Positions 26,613 to 41,235 of a stretch of 64,000 nt of DNA are shown here, one piece after another (position 1 is the stretch's first letter; each line of letters starts with the position of its first letter). The stretch lies in NCBI RefSeq assembly GCF_009914755.1, contig NC_060933.1. The stretch is one strand, 5' to 3'. The notes beneath the pieces were generated by a model. It had not been told where the DNA came from. It did not search any database and saw only the letters and a program-made list of their open reading frames with translations. The translations under genes and the position numbers were made by a program. Source of the DNA: the human T2T-CHM13v2.0 reference genome, Homo sapiens.

Positions 26613-26634
26613 CACTTCCGAAGTAGCCAATCAG
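26613..26634. promoter_or_regulatory. ETS motif next to an NF-Y CCAAT box
   Basis: CACTTCCG (26613-26620) and AGCCAATCAG (26625-26634) in a locally CpG-retaining patch. Confidence 0.4.
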
Positions 26635-29204
26635 CGACCACTCCTCGGGCCAGAGTAGCCTCAGTTTTTCACCCTCTTTGATATTTCACCCTCATAACCA
26701 GGAATGTTTTTCTAATCATCCCAAGAAGGGACAGAATATTATGTAGGTGGATTTCTACTTAGGATGACACAAGTTCCAAGAAGTAGTGGTTAAGTAGATG
26801 CTCAATAGATATGACAGACAATTCCAAGTCTTTATCAAAAGGCTCATTGGAGAATAAACTACTTGAAAAGGCTCATTGTGTGTCTACCCATTGACAACCT
26901 CAATAGCTTTCAGCAGTACCACACTAGGGATCAATCAGCCTCTTGACATTCACTGAGTCAATGTCCTGAATCTGTTCAACTTTTGTCAATCTCTCTTCTA
27001 CCTGCTCTATTTTCTAACTGAAATCAATCTTGTGGCACAGACACTGGGTTTGTGAAATTTTGTCCTCGTGAGGCCTTGCTTCCAATCTCTGGGGTCTTAG
27101 TTTTCTAAGCACAGTACTATCCATCATTGGGAAATACCAGTTCACCATCGGCCTGGAAGCTACAAGAAACCTAGGGCAGCGTCTATCTTACTCAAGTCAT
27201 CTTCTTGGCACCTAGTACAGTTCCTATCCTATAAATAGTTACTCAACAAGTATTTATTGACTTACTTTGAAAGTTAAGTATTCTATATTCCCTTATGTTG
27301 CTTTTAGGAATGCAATTTCTGTACCGTGGATCTAAACAGAGCCTAGTGGTCTAGTGTTTAATTAGAAACACTAGTTTTAATTGGAAATAAGCAGTGATGC
27401 TGAGTACTTTTTGGGCCTCCCACCAGTGCCCATCTCCATGTCATTTTAATCTTATCTCTTATGGGAGGCACATCCTAGGCTTTGTAATAGTAAGCTTAGG
27501 TCATGAGTTATACAGAAATTCTTTTCCAGAACAATCCCTAATGTGCTTCATTTCAATAATAAAAGTGAGAATGGTGGGCCAGAAATCTTTTCCCTACACC
27601 TTTTGCTTATATGAATGTCAAAGTACTGTCAAAAGTATATATGACTGCTGTCTCTTTCAGTTAAATACATATGTATGCCTCTTAGTGTACGTGTGCATGT
27701 ACCCCTGGACACAAACAACTTATTTAAAAAAATTCTTTTTACAAGGCATATGGAAAAATTGAAGCCTGGAAAATTTTCCCCAGAGACAGAAGGGGGAGAA
27801 AGCCTGAAACTTTGACTGCCAGAGCATGAAAGAGACATACTGATCACACATTATCTTTAAAAACACTTGCAAAAATCATCCGGCTTAGATGAAGCTGGAT
27901 GAAATTGATCCAGCAAAGCTGAATTACATTGCCACCTCAAACTACATTTTGGGAGGCAGAGGCAAACTAGTGCATATAAATCATTAGCTTTAAGAAGAAA
28001 ATTATTAGCTTATGTCAAAAACTCTGCAAATCCCATTTTCTCTTTTCACCTTCTTTGAGACTCTGTACTTTGCTTCCAGCTTAAACAAAAGAAAAATGAA
28101 CAGTTTCAGTTTGCTTAAATACAGTTGAAGTAAAGGTCCTTTTTTCAATTATGAGGAAATAATTCTGAGTATTTTTTGTAGTCATTAATGTTGTAATGGG
28201 ATTAATAGTTTATATATATTTGTAAGATTCTCTAAGCCTTAGGATTATTCTCAGATTTAAAAAAATTAAGATTGTAAAAGAAAACATCAGCCTTAAATTA
28301 TTGGGTACTACCATCTCAATATTTATAACTCATTTCAACAGTTTTATTGAAAACATGTTCATTTACATTTGAAAAAATTTGAAGGGGGAAATAAAAATCA
28401 TCCTGCTCAAAAACTTTGCAAAGCATTTTGCTTTTTATATACCATGGTAACCTAATAAAGACACTGTCACGTGGCAGATGGCATGGTATATTAGCCTTGA
28501 AATGAAACACTAGATGCCAAAACTATTAACTCCAACGTGCTCAGAAATTTAAAAAATAATACTTTTTAATAATTTTTTAAAGCAATTAGCTTGTCTTTCA
28601 TCTTATCCTGCAACAAAAAGTAGTCGATTTCTAAAAAGGAAAAAAGCTCCAGTGCTTACTCAAATATGATTTGCAAATACAGTACCAGGAGGTATTTGAA
28701 ATACTGAATCTGGACTGGAGCATCCAGGCTAATAGTCTCAGTCCTATTTACAATCATTTTGGCCGACATGTACAGACTCTCCACTTATGCATTGTTTGAG
28801 CAGAACATTTCTTTTGTCCTGTTCTTGCACCTTTATCCCAGCCCCTTTTCAAACACATAGTTTATACAGGCACCTGGCTCTGCACTCTTAAAATCTGAGC
28901 ATCTACGGCTATGAAACGATGTAAAAGGGGTCTGATTCCTCAGGCCAAGATGAGCCATGTTCAGAATACAGCCTTGTCTCTTTAAGAGACGATAGGTTTT
29001 TGCAGGCAGCCTCAGCAGGCAAGGCAGGGCATCTGTGCCAGGTGGCCATGCTCCCGGATCCCTGTTTTAGGGTGTAATAGAAGAGACAGAATACCCCTTT
29101 CCCAGAAATTTCCCTTTTTTGTGGTGCCCAACATCCATATTTTGTAATTTTCAGACTCTTAATTCTAAATCTAAGTTATACTGGAAAAGAAAGCCAGATT
29201 CTCC

Positions 29205-29237
29205 CTCTCCTCCCCTCCCCTCCCCTCCTCTCCCCTC
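29205..29237 (+). repeat. (CCCCT)n-type pyrimidine repeat
   Basis: ctctcctcccctcccctcccctcctctcccctc. Confidence 0.85.
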
Positions 29238-30249
29238 TTCTTTCCCATTTCTCTTTTTTCCTAAAGAGCTCATTGAACATATAACTTTTTAACCTCATCT
29301 AAATCAGGGCAAATAAACTGAGACATGGTAATGCATGCCATAGTTTTTCTTATGAAAATAATACAGGATGAAAGGAGATTTTCTTGTTAGAGAGGAAAGG
29401 ATTAAACATCTTTACCCTGTATTAGTCGGTTGTCTTTTAAAATATTGTCATGTAATATCAGTGCCACTTAAAATCTTTGGAAAAGCAAATCTTTCTCTGT
29501 CAAAGAGATGCCATAATTCACATTCCCAGGAAGGAATTCTATAAGAAAAGGAAACAAACACAAATTCTTATAAGACATACTCAAGGCCACTAGCCTACTA
29601 AGGAAAAAGAAGCACCTCAAAGAGATCATTCCAAATATATGGACCAAGAACATGAATCTCTTTGGATAAAAAAAATTAACTTTCAGACTTAAATTTCAGT
29701 ATATCCTTCTGAAAGATAAAATGGAGAAAACCTGAAAAATAATTTTTGGCAATGTGTACTGGTCTTTCCTCCTATCTCTGATTTTCATGGACTGTATTAT
29801 ATAATTAAAAGAATACTTCTATAGTCAGAAACTAGGCAGGAGACACTCCTGTGGTGTGGTCCATCTATCTAATATTGAAGCTCTTTTACTCTTATTCCTG
29901 TATTTAGGTTTAAACAACCCCTACCAGCTATCAAAAATGCAAGAAGGAACAGAAGCATAGGTGAGCATATCTACCATCCCGAGGATTCTTTGATTTGGTA
30001 AACATTTATTGAGTGACTACCAAGTATCAGGCACTATTCTTGGCAGTGGGATGCTGTGGTGAGCAAGACAGCTCTAGATGAAAGCAAACCTTCAGAAATC
30101 TTGATGGATAGGAATCAAGACCACATGCATATACATATACAGAATAAAGTCGGCCACCTCCTACTTGTTCAAAATACTCTTTCCTACCAGCTTGCCATTG
30201 TTGCTGAAATTTCCATCATGAAATTGTTTCCTTTGATTTAGTTTGATTC

Positions 30250-32870
30250 CCCATGTTTATTTGGAGACTCTCTCACCTTATGAGTTACGATTGAGGGCAG
30301 AGTCTACAGCTCCCTGTAGAAGCTAAAAATGCAGACTTGTTTTCCCAGGCTTTAGTGCAAATAAGGGAGTAGGCCTATGACCTAAACTCTACAAATCTGC
30401 TTTGGGCTTTGACTTGGGAGCTAGTGAGTTAAAGAGACTAGGACCATGGAGAACCTATTCTAGCGTGGATGGTGTGACAGTAGCAGCAAGATTGTCTTCT
30501 AAGGGGCAGCAACATAATGACAGTATCTTGTTTGGATGCTGGAGGCATTGGTGGTGCAAGCTTCCGTGTCCAGCCTCCAGCAGCAAAAGGGGTGTTGTCC
30601 TCACTCATCTGTTGTTTGGCATGATTTTGGCTGAGGTTCCAGTTTACGGAAGAGACTCCGTGTAGTTTTTTACCTATTTTCCTTTCCTGCTGGGCATACA
30701 ACTGTACTGTATTTTTCAGTCTCCCTTTTGAGTTAGGTTTGACCTATTACCAGAGTTCTGGCTAATAGTTTGTGGTTGATAGAAATAGATATCACTTCAG
30801 GTCTGATCCATAAAGTCCTCCCACTGGATTCTCCATAATCTCTCTTCCTTCAACTATCAGCTGGCTGGTGATGCCCAGTCTAACCTTGAAGTCACATTTA
30901 AATATGGCACAGCCTTCATCAGCCTGAGTCCCTGAATGGTTATAGGGAGCAGAGCCTCCTCACCAATTAGATTTTAGTGGATGAGAAAAAAACTTCTATT
31001 GTATTATGTCATTGAGATTTCAGGAAATCCAAATAACAGCTAGAATTTCCATAACTAATGTGCACATTCATTCCAGAGTGTGGAATGTTGCCATAACAAA
31101 AACCTAAAATGTCTGGCATCAGCTAAGCAACGAGGATGTGAATGGCAGGGAAACTGACTTTGGAGGCTGGAAAGATGAAGATCTATGTTATGCGGTGGCA
31201 AAACCTTTGATAAAACTGCCTCTTGCTATAACTCAAAAGACAGGCCAAGTGCATTCTGATTCTTTAGCTCTAGGGAAAAGGGTTGGAAAACAGAACGTTA
31301 GTAGCAATTTCCAAAAAAAAATGGATGAACTCAGGCAAGGATTGGCTTGTTTTCAAGCAAAAATGAAATGGAATGTCAGAAGCTAGAGGTGTTGAAAAGT
31401 TGGAAAAATTGACTGCTTCCAAAAAAACAGTAGGAAATCAGAATGAATAAGACTCAGCCTTGCAGCTAAGAACAAATCAAGGGTGAAGTCTTCCTATTTA
31501 GACCCGATGGGTTCAATACAGTAGACAGAGAATGAAACATGAAGACTTAGAAAGCAAGAATATAAATCAGGCCTAAGAACTATGACTAGGGAAGAACCTT
31601 GGATATGCTTTCTAGCACATGAAGTTGATTGGAAGTAAATATATTAGAAATCTACTAGGTTTTTGAGGGAATTGTACTGCCAAAGAAACCATAAAGTTAG
31701 ACTAAAGCATACCTTTGATTATTAAAATAGGCTTTGGGCCACCAAAGTTATACAGCCTCCTAGGAGGGTGTATTTTCCTTCACTCATATTACAAGTGGCC
31801 AAGGAGGAAAAGGACAAAGAAGAAACTTTTACATAGTGGATCCAGGAGCTATGAAGACCAATGGACAAGGGAGTTTCTCTGAGAAAGCAGATCTAGGACC
31901 TATTCCAGAAACTTTCCTCACTCCCAGAGCAGGGTTTTCATAACGTCTTTCCCCCAGTAAAATATGACACCTTCACCAGTGACTGCTATGAGTCTTCTCT
32001 TTTTCACAAGGGTATGTTTACTGCAATTATTTTGTTCTTGTCCCACCACTCTAGAAGGGATGTGTTGGGGAGGAGGCAGTAGGTAATTGTCCTTCTACTT
32101 ACAGATAGCTGGGCCATGGTGAGCCATGAATCTGGACCTGATGGGGAAGATGGCATCCCTAGAGAATCTGGACATAGAGCCTAACTCAGTGAGTAGACAG
32201 TGCTTTGAGTTCTCTTTCTTGGGGAGTGTGTGATTGTGCTGTGTGTAGAAGGAAACATGACACAGATCTTTGGCAACCAGAAGGATAGGCTGGGGCAGAG
32301 ACAAGCTAGCTGTTCCTCTTTCTTACTAGGTGGTATTTCCTCTCTCATAGCTAGGTGTGGTCACGTGACTAATTTCTGCCCAATGAAATGTAGACAGAAG
32401 TGACGGAGGCTGCTTCCAGTCTTGACCTATAAAAAAGGTGCACATGGACTGTGTCTCCACTTGCTCTTTTCCCCTCATCTGGTGACAGAATATTCAGGTC
32501 AAGGTGATCCTGGAAGTCCAATGTTGAAAACATTTGTGGTCTTGTCAGTTTGACCTCTTTAGCGATTACGTAGAGCAAAGCCTCACCTTCTTTCCCTCAA
32601 ACACCAATTGAACTGTGAGTGAGAAATACATATTGTTTTAAGCCATTGAGATATCATGGTTTATCTGTTAATGCAGAGATTGCATCAGTATTAAAATTAA
32701 TAGTAGGGCTGCCTTATCTTTATTTCTGCCCATTTTCCAAGCCTCATTCTGTGGCCCTCTTGGCAACCCTGTGAGCTCCCAAATGAATATCCTTTCAATT
32801 TATTTATTTTCTATTTGTTACCCAGAATTGGTTTTTCTTGCTCGCAACTAAAAAACCTTCCTCGACACAG
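30250..32870 (+). mobile_element. LTR33-like ERVL LTR split by a two-LTR MLT1 element with internal sequence (~30740-32690)
   Basis: Two MLT1-like LTRs with similar 3' ends (gagaaa...tattg...(g/c)cattgagat); MaLR-internal-like start (gttgccataacaaaaacctaaaatgt); purine tract agaaggataggc before TG at 32291; LTR33-like tail near 32770-32870. Confidence 0.55.
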
Positions 32871-33386
32871 TCATTGTAAAAGTTAAGTTAAATAATGCCC
32901 TTAGGATAATGCCAAACATCTAACTAAATATTCTGCAAATATTAAACTTTCCTTTGCTTTAACTGGAAGAGCCAGTTTAATACTTTCATATGAGTCAATA
33001 ATAAAGTCCATAATAGAATCAAATATTGTCTCAATGCAAATCAGACTGTTTTTGATTAACTGGCCAGTTATTTAGCATTGTCTTAAGGAAAATCTTATCT
33101 TATTGGTAAATTGTGATGAGACAAGGAGAGAAAGTCTGTGGTGTTACCGAACTGGGCATAGGTCTGAGGAGGGTCCATCAGGTGCACGCCTCTGTTCAAA
33201 ACGGAGCTTAACTCAGATGAGAATGAGCAACAAAGGAGTTAGAGGATAAACAAACTTCATCTATGCAATTTTCCCCAAGGAAAACATGAATTAAAGATAA
33301 TATATAAAAATTCAGATAGTGTGGAATAAACATTTCCAAAGGAGAAGGCCTGTGGTGTAAGTTTGTCTGCACCAAAAAAAATTTAC

Positions 33387-33685
33387 TTTTTATTTTTATT
33401 TTTAGAGACAGGATCTTGCTTTGTTGCCCAGGCTGGAGTGTGGTGGTACAATCATAGCTCACTGTAACTTAAACTCCTGGGCTCAAGCAATTGTCCCACC
33501 TCAGCCTCCTGAGTAGCTGGGACTACAAGTGTGTACCACCGTGCTCATCTAATTTTAAAAATTTTTGCAGAGACAGGGTTCTCACTGTGTTGCCTCGGTA
33601 GGTCTTGAACTCTTGGCCTCAAGTAATCCTCCCATCCTTGCCTCTCAAAGCCCGGGGGTTACAGGCATGAGCCACTGTGCCAGCC
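33387..33685 (-). mobile_element. Alu (AluJ-like)
   Basis: Reverse dimer. Confidence 0.92.
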
Positions 33686-34479
33686 CAACAAAAAAATTTT
33701 AATGCACAAAATATACCTGTAAATAAGTAGAATTATACCTTCACATTTGTATTCTAAATGAAAAGGTTTAGTTAGTTTCAGGCCTAGTTTCAAGAAATTG
33801 CCAATTATGTTAGCTCCAGTAGTGAAAGTATATTATAAAGATGCACATGGCAATAAGGGACATGGAATCTTCCAGAAATCCAATAACATGAGCCACGGGA
33901 GCTGGGCCTCATGGATCTGGAACTGGAAGATCATTAAGAGTCTAAGTTTAGCTCTCAAGCCTCTTTTTATTTATACAGATATACCTGAATCTGTATATCT
34001 TTATTTTCATTCTAAACCATGAACCTATTTCAGCCACTTTTTACATCTTTATTGTCATCAACTATGAGTAGTTCTTTTCATATTTGTATGTTCAGATTTC
34101 CATTATCCCTAGGGTATGACTTTCTTCCCCATGGTACCATATGGTGAGTAGAATTCTAGCCATCACACCCAAGTTTCAGAGACCACAATGGAGGCGGGAA
34201 TACAGAAAAAAAGGGGACAAAGGGAATTTGCCAACTGTCACTTGAAGATTAATTTCTGGATGTGATTACATGATGCTTCTGTTTATATCACTTGATCCCA
34301 ATTTATTCATGGGAGGCTGAGAAATCTTATCTTTATTTTGAATGGTCATGGGTACAACGAAAGTTGGATGTTTTATTAGTGTGGAAAAAGAGTAGAAAAG
34401 ATTTTGAGAGATAAGAAAAAATTACAATAGAATCAGAGGGGAAAAGTGGTTCTTAGAATAATTTTTATTTTATTTTATT

Positions 34480-34700
34480 TAGCAAATACACAGTACTTAT
34501 TAGGTTTCAGGCATTTTTTAAAAGTGCTTCATAAATATCATTTTTTTAATCCTCATAGCAACCCTGTGAAATAGTTGCTATATTATCCCTATTTTGCAGG
34601 TGATAAAACTGAGGCACAGAGAAGTTAAATGATGTGCCCAAGTTACATAGCCAGTAAATGGCAAAATCTGGGTTTAAACCCAGCCAGTCTGGTTTAAGTA
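34480..34700 (-). mobile_element. MIR
   Basis: ttttgcaggtgataaaactgaggcacagagaagttaaatgatgtgcccaagttaca. Confidence 0.8.
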
Positions 34701-34735
34701 CTGCCAAGAAATTGAGAAGTTACAGAAGTGTATGC

Positions 34736-35065
34736 CTAGTGATATACTGGTACATGTTTAAAAACTGGTTCTGTGGTGGGGAAGAAGCCCAGATTTTTAG
34801 TGTTTGTTGACATGCATGCTGTAAACATTTCCATCATGGATAAATAACCTCGAGAACATGAATAATAATAACATATAGCCAAATAACTAGGAAGTGATGA
34901 GTTTTGAGTATTTATTAGCTTGCTTTTCATATAATTTATTTAATTATAAGCTTATATAATTTAATTTTTAATAATGGCTGTTTAACAACTGGCTGGCAAA
35001 TTTCCTGAAAATTGAACTATCTGTTCTTATGAGCAGGTGCAAGCCAGCCTCAGCACAGAGCTGGT
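34736..35065. mobile_element. MER63-like hAT-Blackjack fossil
   Basis: ctagtgatatactggtacatgtttaaaaactggttct...tttaacaactggctggcaaatttcctgaaaatt...agccagcctcagcaca. Confidence 0.6.
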
Positions 35066-37399
35066 GCTCCCTGTCTAGAGATGAAGGGTGTTAGGAGCAG
35101 GGGAGGGTTCACAAACAACCAGCCACACGGCTGGATTGCAGTTCTACAGTAGGATATCCAGGAATGCTAATGCCTGCCCATGCCATCCTTCACCCCTGGC
35201 CCAGGCAGCAGCAACAGACGGCTCTTTCTTTGAAGGGAGTACTTCTAGGGTTAGAGAAGACAGGGCAGTGCCCCATGAGGAAAGGGGAGCGGCAACACTC
35301 CGAAGGCCAGCCACTAGAATACTGTCTATGACACAGCTCACCTTTCCCCACTTTTGCTGAAAAAGTAGAAAGAAAAGTTAAGTAGCTTCTTCCTCTACTC
35401 CAACAACATAGTTGGGAAGGAGGAAGACAAACAGCAATCACACAAAGAAAAGAACTTATATCTCAAGAAACCAGTTAAAATAGAATTGGACTTGAAGTAT
35501 AATTAATATCTTCAGTCTGATAAGAGAAGGTATTATAAACAATTAAAAGAACAGATGGTTAAGAAAAGAACTAATTAGGGATTTAGGATATGAAAAATTG
35601 ATGTTAAAACCTGTTGCTAAAGCAAAAGAATGAATGTTCAATATTATGATTTGGAAACACAGATAAGTTTATCACCCAAACTTTAGTACTACTAGCCTTT
35701 TCATATACACTTGTATCTTTAACAGGAATGTCTTTTATGTGCTCTAGGGATATAGGGGGTGAGGGGCAGGTTTCTAAAGTCTGTAACCGTGTTAAGTCAT
35801 TTTAACATTTAAAATTCAGCCATGCATCAAAATACAGTAAGTGACATGAGACAATCCTACCCTTCTCTGAGTTTCTTTCTTGATACCTACTATTTCCCAA
35901 AAAAAAAAAAAACTTTTCCAAAAAAAATCATTTTCCAAATGACCAAGCAGATTCTGGATATTGTTATATGTTTGCAATCTTTGCATTTTACTTCATAGCT
36001 CCATATTTTCATATTTTGCCCCACTGTAGCCAATATTTCAGTTGTCTGAGTCCTACTGTTGGGCTCTGTTATACTGTGTATCAATTGTCTTACATTTTGA
36101 ATCATTTATTGGAAAGGGCCTAATATTAATGCAAAGGGCAGAGTAAACTAGTATGCATAAGGTAGAAGAGGTTAGGAGATTTGGGAAGAGTTACAGTTCA
36201 TCAGAGCATGATTACCTTTGCCTCTGGTAACCTCCTAAAAATAAAAGGGAAATGAAAAAGTACTTTAAAATCAGCCTTGCCTTAGATTGTGGCGGAAGAA
36301 AGTTGAGAGTGATTCAGAGAAAACAAAGAGGTTGAAGGTTATGAGCAGAGAGAAAGTACACTTGAGTCTTCTGATAGATGCTTTCCTGCTCTCCTGGGAG
36401 CATCATACTCCTTTTGCCACTAGTTTTGACACGAAACAACTCCCACTTTCCTAAACATGAGGTCTCTCCTGTGCTCTGGGGTCTACAGTGCTTGGCTCAG
36501 TGACCAAAGACCCAGACCACAAATGCACACAGAAAATGATGAATTTAAAATTCAGACTCATTCATTTCCTTCTCATTTCTATTGATACAGGGAATATAAA
36601 TGTTAAAGATAATCAGTCTCTGAGATTAGTCTATTGTCAGAGTTCTGTTACCTTTGACACCTTGCAAAGGTCAGTATATTTTCCCTTGGAAGAAATATGT
36701 CAATTTTTACCAAACCCCACAATTGATGCTTTAAAAAAATCTCAATTAGTGGTAAGTAAAAAGTCAAATTCTTGTAAATGTGTTTCCATTTTGACATAGT
36801 TGTAAAAATGAGCAAAAATATTAAGATGTTATTTCATTTAGAAATCTTCTAAGAATCCCCAACCTTCAGACTTCCCACAAAGTCACTTCTTTTCCCACAA
36901 AGACAAAAAGAAGTTTCAGTGGACACACATTACTGGATATTAGCAATTTTGGTTGGTCATCTGGTACTTTTACTGACGTTGAATTTGTCTCTACATTGCA
37001 CCAGTAATAATGATACAAATCCGGTACATTTATGACCCATACAATTTGTCGATTGATCTACTACAGAGGTCTTAGTCGAGTTCAGATAAAGCTCCTCATG
37101 CAGGGGGGTGTGGCTCAGAGTGGCCAAGGAATTTAGTATATTCTCATCCCACTTTCCTCCTGGCTTAGAAAATGATAGGTCCTGAGACTGGATGAGCCCA
37201 ATATAAGGGCACCTGGCCATCCTAAGCATCCAAAGAAGGAAAGAGATCGTGTCAGGAGAGAAACCACCCCTTGTTAGTGGATTGAGAGCTACTGCAAATC
37301 TTCATGAGCCACGGAACAATACCAGGGCTTGAACTCTTTTCCTCCTGTGGCCTTCGTTTCTGTTGGGGTCCTTCTCTCATGCACCTAGACTGGATGAGG

Positions 37400-37907
37400 A
37401 TGACCGTCTCCATGACAGTCCCCAATAAACCCCCATCCTGGTATTTATGCCCTGTGTAATTCCCTCCTACACTGTATTAAGGCTGGTCTGTTACCAATAG
37501 AATACAGCAGAATTGATGGGAAGTCACTTCTGAGACTAGGTATAAAAAACACTGTGGTTTCTGTCTGCTCCCTCTCTCTAAGGTTGCTTGTTCCGATGGG
37601 GAGGCTAGGGCAGGGCGTGTTGTGAGCAGCCCAAAGAGAGGCCTATGTGGTAAAGAACAGAGGCCAACAGCCACGTGAGTGAGCTTTTTTGGAAGCAGAT
37701 CCTTCAGCCCCAGCCAAGCCTTCAGATGACTGCAGCCCTGGCTGACACCTTGACAGCAATATCATGATTGACTTTGAGCCAGAACCACCCAGCTAAGCTA
37801 CTCCCTGACTCTTGACCTTTAGAATCTGTATGAGACAAGAGATATGTATTGTTTTAAGCTACCAAGTTTGGGGGTAATTTGTTATGCAGCAATAAAGTAC
37901 TTACATA
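37400..37907 (+). mobile_element. MLT1F-like solo LTR
   Basis: gtcacttctgagactagg...gccaacagccacgtgagtgagc...gccttcagatgactgcagccctggctgac...ttgttatgcagcaata. Confidence 0.85.
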
Positions 37908-39855
37908 TGGTCTTAGATTGTCCTATGTGTTCCCACATAATGTATTGTTCTGAATGGCAATCACTCATCCATGTGTCTGACTCTCCCACTGAACAATTTA
38001 CGCTTTCAGAAAAGGGACCAAGTTGACTGTTGTATCCCTAATACCTAGAGTAGTGCTTGACACACAGTAAGGAATGTTATTGAACAAATGAGTAAAGCAA
38101 AATGCGATGGTTTCAGATAGCACCAGAAGACCTACCAGCTAAGGAACAAGTTGACAGTGTTCAAATTGGGTTATTCTCTCTGAGTGTGAGAGATTCAAAA
38201 TGAAGGTTCATTCTTCTCCTGCTGCTGCGACTGGCCTCCCTACAACCCTCGCAAATTCCCCATGAGTCAAGTCCTGCTTTCTTCTCATCGGTTGTAGGGC
38301 TTCCAGAAGATGTGATCTGGAATGTGGGGCATGAGCAGGGCTCAGCTGTGGTGGGTTACTCCAGATCAACTCTCAGGGAGAAGGAAGGATTTCTTCAATG
38401 CCCCAGACCCAAGAGATGCAGACTGTGAAGGCACTCCCCAGAGGGGAGCGCTCAGGGCATGGGATACGTAATTAAACTAGACCCAGGGACAAAGCAAAAG
38501 TAGGGGTGGGGTATGGAGCTTTTACATTTTATTTAGGAGCTTTAAAAAATGTTTGTTCAGAGGAGGCTAAAAGTTCAGTTACTTCTCTAAGTGGGGTGGT
38601 GTCTGGTTACAAATACACTAGGAAGGGCGCCTCCACTTCAGGGCTCAGCCCTGCCCACTCCAGAAGAGCCACAGTACAAACCACCCCTCCTCCTTCCCTC
38701 AAATCACACCTCTTTAACTGGCACTGCCATCTCTAACTGGAAGAATATATGCGGGAGGCTTTCAAAGAACCCCTGGGTAGCTCTGAACTGCCTTCCCATC
38801 ATGCTCTGTGCTCTCTCCATCTGTTGGATTTGTAATGAAACTTATGAGGAGCACAAAGCCTCCAGATCCAAAGGAATAAGTCTCCAGTGGCATGGATGGC
38901 AATGGAGGACACACTTGGGGCAGCTGGAGCCTTCCCAGTGAGCTTAAAAAATGCACCATTTTGGGGAACAGTATCAGGCATATTTAAATAACTTCTACTT
39001 ACTTTTTCTGCACACTCCACAATGAGGAGTGGGGGGAAGCATGCATGGTCTAGCTCATGATCATTTGTCATTAAGAATCTTTTTAGAGGGAATACATAGC
39101 ACTCAGTTTGTTATATAGTCAATAGGGCCTTGAGTGTGAAACAGGATAGCTTGATTTCAGATCCCTTATTGGTTATTTCTAATTGTTTAACCACAGAGAG
39201 TTTTGCTTTTCTGAGTCTCAGGGTTTTTTATCTGTAAAGTGAAGACACTAGTAATTACCTCCTAGCATTCACTAAAAACATGTTGGCAGAATCTGAATGG
39301 GGTTCTTAAGGCCAAAGGAAATAAAAAAGCTGCAAATAGAATTTGGGAATGCTTGATTACATTTAAGGCCTGTAGAAAAAAAGTAAATCATAGGCTTCCC
39401 ACCAGCTTGGGACATGGTACAGCTATTTTTCCAAAGGTAATTTAATATCATTCCAGGATGCATAAAAACAGCATGACCTAAGACAGCCACAAAATGGTCC
39501 ATCCATTGACCATGTCAGGCTCAGTCTTTTGTTTCTACATTTTCAAAATAATATTAACAAAATGAAAAATATAGTGAAAAAAGCCACTAAAATAGAGACA
39601 AATAGAAACAACATGCAAATAACTTGTCCAAAATGAGTGTTCCTGTGGAAATCCTACTTGGTTCAAGGGTTTGAACGTCTCAATTTCCAGCTTTATAGAT
39701 TTACCGAAGCATTCACTTATGTCTACTCAGCACTTATTGTAATTATTAGTGAAAATAGCTGATTAATTTATATAGGTCCTCTCGGAAGTCTAGTGAGGCA
39801 CATGCCATGTCCCGTTTTCATAATCTCTAGACATAATTCTAAAAATGAAGATATG

Positions 39856-40199
<344 letters not shown>

Positions 40200-40626
40200 T
40201 CATGTTTTGTATTTTTTTTTTTTTTTTTTTGGCAAATTTGTTTAGTGACCGTAAGTAGATGGCCTCATTTCTTGGTGTTTCAGCTTCCTTGTCTGTAAAA
40301 CGGAGTTCATAATAGTGCCTACCTACATGCCAGTTAAGAGGATTAAATGAATTAGTATCTACAAAGCACTCCAAAGCATACAGAATGTGCTCAGTAAATG
40401 ACAATTTTGTTGTTACATTTATTATTCATTTTAAAGGGAAAATAGCTTTTATTTAAATGTTATAGAATATCTTAAGCATGGTCCAAAATATTTACAAGTA
40501 TATAAATATGAGGTATTTTATTGAGCCTGACACTTAGGCTAAATGTTTCTTTGGAGGCCTTCTCTCAAAAAATCCTTGTAGACTTCCCCACACACTGTCA
40601 GATAAGCCAAATCAAATGGCCATTCT

Positions 40627-41235
40627 ATTAGTTTCCTCTTGCTGACTAATAAACCACCACACATTTAACAGCTTAAAACATCACCAAGTATTTATTATCT
40701 CACAGTTTCTGTGGGGCAGGAGTCAGAACACACTTCAGCTGGGTCTTTAGCTCAGGATCCCATAAGACTGCAAGCAGGTTGTCAGCCAGGCTGCATTCTC
40801 ACAGGCAGGCCTGATTGGGGAAGAACCTGCTTCCAAGCTCACTCAGGTTCTTAACAGAATTTACTTCCTTGCAGCTGAACTGAAGGCCCCACTTTCTTGC
40901 TGGCTATTGATTAGAGACTGCCCTCAGCTCCCAGAGGCCACCATGGTTGCTTGCCACATGGACTTTCTCATCATGACCACTTACTTCATCAAGCCAGCAA
41001 GGAGAGTCTCTGGGGCAATTTCACTAGCAAGACAAAGTCTTGTATACGAGGCATAACCCACAACACATGACTTATACCATATACTATGTTACAATGTAAC
41101 ATAATCACATGAATGACATCCCATCACCTTTACAATATTCTATCAACTAGAAACAAGTCACAGGTCCTGCCCACACTCAAAGGCCGGTGACTGCACAAAG
41201 TGTGAATAGCAGGAGGCCACCTCAGAGGCTGTCTA
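40627..41235 (-). mobile_element. MLT1E-like solo LTR
   Basis: tattagtttcct...gcttaaaaca...tttattatctcacagtttctgtgg...cttccaagctcactcaggt...caagtcacaggtcctgcccacactcaa. Confidence 0.8.
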
